A DNA stretch of 12,968 nt from Gemmatimonadota bacterium (GTDB lineage: Bacteria > Gemmatimonadota > Gemmatimonadetes > Gemmatimonadales > GWC2-71-9), in assembly GCA_039588295.1 (NCBI GenBank), contig JBDHAB010000073.1, forward strand, positions 1 to 12,968, given 5' to 3'. Each line of letters starts with the position of its first letter. The stretch's first letter is position 1. A program made the translations under genes and the position numbers. Below, piece by piece: positions 1 to 5,604 of the stretch. The notes under the pieces are model-generated. The model was given only the letters and a program-made list of their open reading frames with translations. It was not told where the DNA came from and did not search any database.

Positions 1-223
1 GTCGTTTAGCGTGCTGCGGACGCGTTAGCACTCGTGGGCCATCCGCTGACCGACATGACCCTGCTACCCGCACAATGAATACACTCGGCAGAAGGGACTT
101 CCCGAGGTCCGGGCGCCCGCCAACCCGATCCCAAGGGGGGTGATTCCGCAACCTGCATGAATGCGGGGAGGTCAGCAATTGCCCCCCTCCCCCTTTGGCT
201 ACCAGCTCACGCGAGCAGTTCGG

Positions 224-348
224 TTAGTGTGCCTTCAGTGTGCCGTACTGATCGTCATTCAGTGTGACTCAGTGGGAAAACGTTGCATTGCTGCGTTCCG
301 ATAACGCCTTGTCCTTTCCCGATTTGTCACGATGAGTCACGATGAGTC
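224..348. repeat. Cluster of ~10-bp repeats (consensus TCA[GT/TC]GTG[A/C]C), putative integrase arm-type/RDF binding sites
   Basis: Forward copies: TTAGTGTGCC 224-233, TCAGTGTGCC 235-244, degenerate TGATCGTCAT 249-258, TCAGTGTGAC 259-268, TCAGTGGGAA 269-278. Inverted tandem pair GTCACGATGA at 326-335 and 336-345 (reverse complement TCATCGTGAC). They lie just upstream of a tRNA 3' fragment; function is inferred. Confidence 0.6.
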
Positions 349-363
349 CGCCTGAAGCGGCAT

Positions 364-480
364 AATCATAATCCGCGTGTCGGGGGTTGACTGCACACTT
401 GGCAGTGCGCGGTCTCGCCTCACCTCGGGTCGCCCGCGCCGCGGGCTCGCTTGGTTCGGCGTCGAGTCCCTCCTCCGCTA
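364..480 (+). tRNA. 3' half of tRNA-Met (anticodon CAT); non-functional fragment and probable att-site duplication, interrupted in the T-loop
   Basis: Removing 389-462 gives AATCATAATCCGCGTGTCGGGGGTTCGAGTCCCTCCTCCGCTA: anticodon loop ATCATAA (CAT at 367-369), stem strand TCCGC, variable loop GTGTC, T-arm GGGGG-TTCGAGT-CCCTC, acceptor strand CTCCGCT and discriminator A. No D-arm or 5' acceptor strand lies upstream. Confidence 0.85.
389..462. mobile_element. 74-bp palindromic (REP/MITE-like) insertion in the tRNA T-loop
   Basis: Sits exactly between GGGGGTT and CGAGTCCC. Internal hairpins: ACTGC/GCAGT (390-405), GCCCGC/GCGGGC (432-446) and CGCC/GGCG (416-419/458-461). Mobility is inferred. Confidence 0.55.
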
Positions 481-485
481 TTCTC

Positions 486-514
486 CAAGCCGTTGACTTT
501 CAACGGCTTGTTCT
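486..514 (+). terminator. Intrinsic terminator-like hairpin downstream of the tRNA fragment
   Basis: Perfect 11-bp inverted repeat CAAGCCGTTGA-CTT-TCAACGGCTTG (486-510) followed by TTCT, 5 bp after the tRNA discriminator base. Confidence 0.7.
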
Positions 515-635
515 CTAGGTAGAACTCATTACCTAGCCCCGTACCCGGTGACTGTGGATGCCACCGTGGATCGGACTTCTCCAGGCAGTGAGCGCCAAAC
601 GCAGAGGACGTTGTCAACGCCGCGATCAGCAGGCG

Positions 636-1046
636 TCACTGAAGCCGAATGACATTATCGAAATCGGCGCTCGCAATAAGGGCCGTGATGCCCCCAAGAA
701 TCGCAACCAGCCAGAATGTCTCACCTACATCGAAGCGGTTGACCTCCAGTCGGGAAAGGGAGGCGACCGAAGTGCGATAGTTGGGGATGCACTCTTCCTC
801 TCCCATCCCACAGCGCGTCCCTCCGATACTGTCCGCAGTTGCCCAAGGGGAAAGGAGCCGGTACCGCGTTTCGCGGCCCCTGCCGCTCACGCCCTCGACG
901 ACAACAACGCGCACTTCCTCTGGCTGCCGCTTCGCGATGACCTCCTGCGGACTGAGCTTCTCGACTTGCCAGCTGCCACAGGCCGGGAGAAGAACCGTCA
1001 AGAGGACAACTGAGACCCACCGTCGGATTCGCGGAAACGCGTGCAT
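636..1046 (-). CDS. Putative lipoprotein with C-terminal hydrophobic helix (136 aa), function unknown
   Basis: Start reassigned to ATG 1046 with an AGGAG RBS upstream. N-terminus MHAFPRIRRWVSVVLLTVLLPAC has a basic region, a hydrophobic core and a lipobox. C-terminal hydrophobic segment FWLVAILGGITALIA. Confidence 0.75.
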   Translation of the reverse strand: MHAFPRIRRWVSVVLLTVLLPACGSWQVEKLSPQEVIAKRQPEEVRVVVVEGVSGRGRETRYRLLSPWATADSIGGTRCGMGEEECIPNYRTSVASLSRLEVNRFDVGETFWLVAILGGITALIASADFDNVIRLQ

Positions 1047-1240
1047 GGGACCGCTCCTGCTGGCAGTCTGCACGTAGTAATACGGGAGAGGTGTCAAGAG
1101 CACGTCAAACAGAATCGCGAGTGAAAGGTTGGCGTTGACCGTTCGGAGGGATGCAGACGGACCACCGAAATGGTGGTGCTCTGCAATCCGACTCGATAAC
1201 CGAATGAAGCCACTGGTGTAGTTCTCGCGGCAGGACAATG

Positions 1241-1270
1241 GCCCCGGGCGTCACGCGGCGTTCGGGGCTT
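1241..1270 (+). repeat. Conserved intergenic hairpin A, copy 1
   Basis: GCCCCGGGCGTC-ACGC-GGCGTTCGGGGC-TT; near-identical to the copies at 2254, 3027 and 4410. Confidence 0.9.
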
Positions 1271-1621
1271 CCCTTTGCACCGGGGTGAGGGATGCGCGAC
1301 GGTGCCGCGAGGGTGTCAACGCATCGTCACCGGCGACACAACAACTCTCGAGTCGTGAGAGGCATACAGGACCATTTCACTTCAATTGTGGCGCTTCTGC
1401 GACTCTTGCAATCGTGTTGACCGAGACCCACTCTAGCGGAACAAAGAACTTCTGTCGGTGGCCCTCGACGGCCCCACGTGCCGCTGTAACGCTTCCAGGA
1501 CGCCCCCCGACCGCGAGACCGCCAGGCCGTCGTCGTCTTTGGAGGAGTTGGCCGGTTCGCGCGGAGTCTCCGTGCGGGAGCGGCCGGACGCAATTTCCCT
1601 TCGAGTTAGGTGAGGTGACTA

Positions 1622-2188
1622 ATGCCCGACAGCCCTGGCGAGACCATCATAAAGGTGGGGAGATTTGCCCTAGCCGCCCTATTTGGGAGTGTTCTTACGG
1701 TGTTCACGATTTTCACCCTGTTCCCAGAGAACACAACGAAGTGGAGTCCAGCGGACAACTACGGTGTTGAAAAAACTTGGTACAAGTTGCCCTTTAATGA
1801 TGAGTCAAACTTCACTGGGAGTTGGGGCTCATTCGTATTAGGCGCGTTTCCTCAGAACGAATGTATCAACATAAAGGGTATTTCGGGTTGGTACGGGGAC
1901 CCAAACGATGGAAGAAGCGTCAAGCTTTACGATGAATTTCAGGGTGATCATCCAGATTGGAACTTACCAGAAGGGATGAAAGTTCATATATACTGGGGCA
2001 GGGCGTGCTCCGATTGGAGACCCTATGGCGTGATAACAGTCCCCGCCAATGTCAAAAGTGTTAAAGTCCCGAGGCTCAATTACTCCAGTGAAAACTATGA
2101 AGTGTTCAACAACTTTGAACAACAAGATGGAGGAGATAGATCGCTCGGTGGTCACGTATATGGGATTCGTTGGTCTATTCCTGAATGA
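1622..2188 (+). CDS. Hypothetical membrane-anchored/exported protein (188 aa), low GC
   Basis: GAGGTG RBS before the ATG; hydrophobic segment FALAALFGSVLTVFTIFTLF; aromatic/Gly-rich, beta-like remainder. GC is 45% in a hand-counted 60-mer (1741-1800), well below the flanks. Confidence 0.75.
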   Translation: MPDSPGETIIKVGRFALAALFGSVLTVFTIFTLFPENTTKWSPADNYGVEKTWYKLPFNDESNFTGSWGSFVLGAFPQNECINIKGISGWYGDPNDGRSVKLYDEFQGDHPDWNLPEGMKVHIYWGRACSDWRPYGVITVPANVKSVKVPRLNYSSENYEVFNNFEQQDGGDRSLGGHVYGIRWSIPE

Positions 2189-2222
2189 ATAGAAGCCACG
2201 CGACTATTGACTGAGGCGACAT

Positions 2223-2248
2223 CGCCCGGTCCCAAGCCGGGCGGTAGC
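2223..2248 (+). repeat. Companion hairpin B, copy 1
   Basis: CGCCCGG-TCCCAAG-CCGGGCG-GTAGC, directly upstream of hairpin A copy 2; a second copy lies at 3658-3683. Confidence 0.75.
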
Positions 2249-2253
2249 GTGTC

Positions 2254-2286
2254 AGCCCCGAGCGTCACGCGGCGTTCGGGGCTTTT
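2254..2286 (+). repeat. Conserved intergenic hairpin A, copy 2 (terminator-like)
   Basis: AGCCCCGAGCGTC-ACGC-GGCGTTCGGGGCT-TTT; 13-bp stem with two G:T wobble pairs, followed by a T tract. Confidence 0.9.
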
Positions 2287-2436
2287 GGTTGTGATCACAT
2301 CAAACCTGACCGCACTACTCGTGTTGTGGCGGTGCTGCGTCTCTTGCGAACTCACCTATCGCAGTCACATTAGCCGGACGCTAATCCTGTCGGTGGCCTC
2401 ATCGGCCCCGCCGGTCCTCACTCTGGGAGTAGTCCG

Positions 2437-2961
2437 ATGAACGCAAGCGTCCTCTGTCTGATGATCATCACAGGGATGACAGTCCCGAACGTTTCAGCAA
2501 GTCCGCTTGTCCAGGACGATGTCAAAAGCCGGATCATCAGCACCACAAATACCTTGACGAGGCGTCAGGACCCTCCGCTCACCATGGAGACAATCGTCGG
2601 TTCTGTTCTCGAGCTGCTGGATCTATCGGCGGCCGTGACTCCCGACAACCAGTACAAGGCGGAGATCCAAAACCGAATCGCCGTGGCTAGGGATCGCATC
2701 AAGGACCTGTCCCTCTTCGATGACAAAGCCCGGCAATACCTGTCCTTCGCATACCGGATGATGACCGACGGCAGGAAGTACGAGATGCCGAAGGAACTCG
2801 ACGAGTTTGTCACCCCCGCCGAACTCCAGGAAAAGACGCTGCGATACGTGGATCGCCTCGTCACGCAGAGCCTTGAGGCGCTCGAAGCCGGGAACAGCCA
2901 GGATTCGGCCAGACTCCTCCTCGAAATCGTCCTAATGACCATCACTCCCCACCAGGGATAG
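2437..2961 (+). CDS. Hypothetical secreted alpha-helical protein (174 aa)
   Basis: GGAG RBS; signal-peptide-like N-terminus (MNASVLCLMIITGMTVPNVSA); amphipathic helical pattern; GC-biased third codon positions. Confidence 0.75.
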   Translation: MNASVLCLMIITGMTVPNVSASPLVQDDVKSRIISTTNTLTRRQDPPLTMETIVGSVLELLDLSAAVTPDNQYKAEIQNRIAVARDRIKDLSLFDDKARQYLSFAYRMMTDGRKYEMPKELDEFVTPAELQEKTLRYVDRLVTQSLEALEAGNSQDSARLLLEIVLMTITPHQG

Positions 2962-3026
2962 TGGCCGTGAAGGGTGAGGAGAAGGGGCTGCACTGTAGCT
3001 CCAGCAGCTAGTGCACGATTCTCCCC

Positions 3027-3058
3027 AGCCCCGAGCGTCAGGCGGCGTTCGGGGCTTT
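3027..3058 (+). repeat. Conserved intergenic hairpin A, copy 3
   Basis: AGCCCCGAGCGTC-AGGC-GGCGTTCGGGGCT-TT; the hairpin differs from copy 2 only in the loop. Confidence 0.9.
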
Positions 3059-3154
3059 CCAGCCCGTCCCACCGTCATCTCCGACAACGCCTTTGCTGTT
3101 TCTCACGGGAGACGGTCTGTACGTTGTCCCTGTTCCTCTCCAAAGGAGAACGCC

Positions 3155-3625
3155 ATGCGCCGCATGATTCTCCCGCTGATGTTGTTTGCGTTCGCTGCGT
3201 GTCAGCCTGCCACGATGGAACTCACCGAGGCCCAGAAGGCAGAGATTGAGGAAGCAGTCAGGCAGGTGGATTCCGACTTCCACGCAACGTGGCAGGCGCG
3301 TGAAGACATCGATGCGTACATGAGCTACATGTCTGACTGGTCGTCCACATCTCCGTTCGGCGACGAATCGCTCGATGCCCAGCGCACTCGGGTCTTGGCA
3401 TGGTGGGGCGCACAGAGCAGTGTGACCATCGACCGGGGTGAGAGGCGTGTCCTTGTAATGGGACCCGACGTTGCCGCTGTCGAAGGAACGAATGTGAGGG
3501 TCGCCACCGACACGACCGGTGCCATCAGGGAACGAACAGGCACCTACACACGGGTTTGGATACGGGAGAATGGCGAGTGGAGAGTCTTTGCGCAGAAGGG
3601 CTACGCTCGCACGCGAGAGGAGTAG
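3155..3625 (+). CDS. NTF2-like/SnoaL (DUF4440-type) domain lipoprotein (156 aa)
   Basis: Start reassigned to ATG 3155 (AAGGAG RBS). Lipobox FAAC. NTF2-like pattern: N-terminal helix, DIDAYMSY, VLVMGPDVAAV and C-terminal YTRVWIRENGEWRV. Confidence 0.85.
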   Translation: MRRMILPLMLFAFAACQPATMELTEAQKAEIEEAVRQVDSDFHATWQAREDIDAYMSYMSDWSSTSPFGDESLDAQRTRVLAWWGAQSSVTIDRGERRVLVMGPDVAAVEGTNVRVATDTTGAIRERTGTYTRVWIRENGEWRVFAQKGYARTREE

Positions 3626-3657
3626 CGAGCGGTCCTCTCGCGTCACCCGCACGTCGC

Positions 3658-3683
3658 CGCCCGGCCCCGCGCCGGGCGGTAGC
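3658..3683 (+). repeat. Companion hairpin B, copy 2
   Basis: CGCCCGG-CCCCGCG-CCGGGCG-GTAGC; same stem and GTAGC tail as 2223-2248 with a different loop. Confidence 0.75.
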
Positions 3684-3756
3684 ATCTCACCCATCAACCC
3701 ACAGGTAACGAACTTCCTCCGAGTGCGGAGAAGTGAGGAATGGGGAGGCGTCACCA

Positions 3757-4317
3757 ATGATAAGGATTCTTCGGCTTGTAGGTTCGTTGTCATTCGTGCT
3801 TGGGCTATTCACCGTCATCTTCGTCGGCGTTCCGTGGGCCATCGTGGTCGAGGACAACCCCGTGGTCCCGGTCTGGTTGAGGGCGGCGGTTTTTGGCGTC
3901 CTTGGGGGCCTGCTCCTGGTCTTGCTGACGGTGGTGCTCGAACAGCGGAGAGGCTGGATGCCGGTGGAGGCGCCTCGCCTCACCAGCGGCGATTCCCAGG
4001 TTCTGCTGTTGAACTCGGATGCCGTGCCGGATAGGGCGGTGGGTGAAATCCTGGGACTGGTCCAGGGTCACACGGTCTTCGCCATATGGTTGGGGAACGA
4101 CCTGTCCGCCCTCATGCGGCTCATCGTCGGTGGAGAACTGACCGAGTATACCGAGATGATGGGGCAAGCCCGCGCAATCGCAACTGATCGAATGGTCGCC
4201 AGGGCCGAGGAGAAGGGGGCGGACGCCATCATCAACGTGCGTTACATGACGACGGGCGTCGTGGGCACGGCTTCCGAACTCCTGGCATACGGCACGGCGG
4301 TGAAACTGGCCGCGTAG
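3757..4317 (+). CDS. YbjQ/UPF0145 (putative heavy-metal-binding) domain protein with two N-terminal TM helices (186 aa)
   Basis: GGGAGG RBS before ATG 3757. The C-terminal ~105 aa carry YbjQ motifs (LGLVQG, IVGGELTEYTEMM, ARAEEKGADAIINVRY, ELLAYGTAVKL); two hydrophobic segments lie at the N-terminus. Confidence 0.9.
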   Translation: MIRILRLVGSLSFVLGLFTVIFVGVPWAIVVEDNPVVPVWLRAAVFGVLGGLLLVLLTVVLEQRRGWMPVEAPRLTSGDSQVLLLNSDAVPDRAVGEILGLVQGHTVFAIWLGNDLSALMRLIVGGELTEYTEMMGQARAIATDRMVARAEEKGADAIINVRYMTTGVVGTASELLAYGTAVKLAA

Positions 4318-4409
4318 TCCATCTGGATGCTCGTGAGCCCGATCGTGTCGGGACTAACTGAGGTGCCCTACTGTCAGGCGGTTAGAACCCTAGGTGGTGG
4401 TGGTCAGAC

Positions 4410-4434
4410 AGCCCCGACCGTCACGCGGCGTTCG
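4410..4434 (+). repeat. Conserved intergenic hairpin A, copy 4 (3'-truncated)
   Basis: AGCCCCGACCGTCACGCGGCGTTCG, then divergent; the closing GGGCT is missing. Confidence 0.8.
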
Positions 4435-4581
4435 CTGGAGGGGCCCGACCCCGCCCGGGCACCCCCGTTTCGGTGTGGGCAGCCTGCCTTATCCGCGCAG
4501 CACGTTTTCAGGAAACCGGGGCCGAAGGGCCCGCTGATCGGCGAGTCCTCGCGGAGACTCGACGGCATTGGCCTTCGGTAG

Positions 4582-4860
4582 TCACCACAGATCGGGCGGG
4601 GGACCCTTCCGCTCGAATACGTAGGTGAACCCGTCCTTCGCCCACGTGATGCGGTCGCCGCGCACCGTGCCGGACGAGAAGGGGCCGTAGTCCCGGTGAC
4701 GATACATACAGTGGAACACGAGGGAATCGGGTGCAACGAGAGTGTAATCGCCCCCGCCCCCCAGGTACCTTCCGCCCCCCTCCTGCGGAAGTAGTGTATC
4801 CCAACGGTGCCACGTTGTATCGCCAGCCTCCTGCAAGGAAGAGTAGGAGCCACACGCACT
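4582..4860 (-). pseudogene. Possible 5'-truncated remnant of a lipocalin-like beta-barrel protein
   Basis: The C-terminal part (GGGDYTLVAPDSLVF...SSGTVRGDRITWAKDGFTYVFER) looks like a beta-meander; the ORF N-terminus looks non-coding and has no clear RBS or signal peptide. Confidence 0.35.
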
Positions 4861-5092
4861 GTTAGCGCGCTTCCGATGATGCGGCGCTGTGATGCGCGGG
4901 GTCGCTGTCAGAGCACCTTCCGCCACGGACACAATGACTACGAGTGAGTTGATCGCCGAGTTCTTCGAGTCGACCAGCAGGCAGGATCGATAGCGCGCTT
5001 GCCGCTCGCCGCGATCACCGAGAAATCGACGTGTTGCGCACGCCGAGAGCCTATCCTCGTCTCCGCAACCAACGTGAAGTCTGATCCCGGCC

Positions 5093-5491
5093 CTATTCGC
5101 TGTCGTTGATCGTCACGTAGAGCGCGGAGGCAGCCACCACGTATTCCTGAACCACCACCTGCCACTCGTCGGGGTCGTTGCTCTTCAACCCCTGCAACTT
5201 GCTGTTGAGCTGGTTGAGCATTCCCTTGAGCTGGTTGACCTCGCCCTGAACGCTGGCCGAGACCATGCCCTTCATGGTGCCGGGGGCGTCGCCGCGGCTC
5301 TTGGAGAACGCCGATCCCTTCATCATGACGTTCTTGGTCCCTACCTTCGTCTTCTTCTTCTGAGCCTCGCTCGCCGACTTGGCGATGTTCGGGTAGGGAA
5401 TGGGTACCGGAATGGGTATTGCGGGAGTCTTACACACGTCGGGGAAGGAGATAGAGAGACCGCTGCTGGCCTTCGACTTTGCTGGCATCAT
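5093..5491 (-). CDS. DUF4150/PAAR-like domain protein, C-terminally truncated and fused to a helical tail (132 aa)
   Basis: DUF4150 motifs FPDVCKTP, PVPIPYPN and SRGDAPGTMKGMVS; AAGGGA RBS upstream; then heptad-like NQLKGMLNQLNSKLQGL. Confidence 0.85.
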   Translation of the reverse strand: MMPAKSKASSGLSISFPDVCKTPAIPIPVPIPYPNIAKSASEAQKKKTKVGTKNVMMKGSAFSKSRGDAPGTMKGMVSASVQGEVNQLKGMLNQLNSKLQGLKSNDPDEWQVVVQEYVVAASALYVTINDSE

Positions 5492-5588
5492 GATCGCTAC
5501 GTCCCTTCTGGTTGTTCCGTGCTACGATCACCGGTCCAGGTGCTCGCGTCCATCGACTGCGCGGGCGCAGTTCGAACGCCGTACGTCC

Positions 5589-5604
5589 TGATAAGTTACC
5601 GTTT
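5589..5604 (+). promoter_or_regulatory. Putative extended -10 promoter for a leaderless methyltransferase mRNA
   Basis: TG-A-TAAGTT (5589-5597, TGnTAnnnT) ends 7 nt before ATG 5605; there is no Shine-Dalgarno sequence. Confidence 0.45.

Noticed and set aside
330..480. Intact functional tRNA-Met gene
   Set aside because: No 5' acceptor strand (expected GGCGGAG-like) or D-arm lies upstream of the anticodon loop.
1047..1238. N-terminal extension of the 200-aa minus-strand ORF (similar extensions at 3011-3154, 3733-3756 and 5512-5604)
   Set aside because: The downstream ATGs have an RBS or promoter and begin with signal peptides or family-typical N-termini; the extensions look non-coding or cross repeats.
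1550..1585. GC-rich hairpin upstream of gene 1622 as a riboswitch or ncRNA
   Set aside because: It is a single copy with no recognisable aptamer motif, and such stems arise readily by chance at this GC content.
1285..1770. 161-aa plus-strand ORF and the many antisense or overlapping ORFs (e.g. 2565-2993, 3038-3793, 6199-6939, 8940-9440, 11847-12452)
   Set aside because: They are Arg/Pro/Ser-rich shadow frames typical of high-GC DNA, overlap better-supported genes and carry no recognisable motifs.
2223..2248. Canonical GTAG-family REP assignment for hairpin B
   Set aside because: GTAG lies 3' of the palindrome on the same strand, whereas canonical REPs carry it 5'; there is no RAYT gene in the window.
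4352..4387. attC-like GACTAAC...GTTAGAA dyad
   Set aside because: It spans only ~36 bp, shorter than known attC sites, the core boxes are imperfect, no L boxes are evident and there is no intI in the window.
1241..4434. CRISPR array interpretation of the ~30-bp palindromic repeats
   Set aside because: The spacing is 0.6-1.4 kb and contains whole genes rather than 25-45-bp spacers; no cas genes are present.
4876..4993. Possible hydrolase C-terminal remnant (HGHND / ELIAEFFES in different frames)
   Set aside because: Too short and spread over different frames to support without a search.
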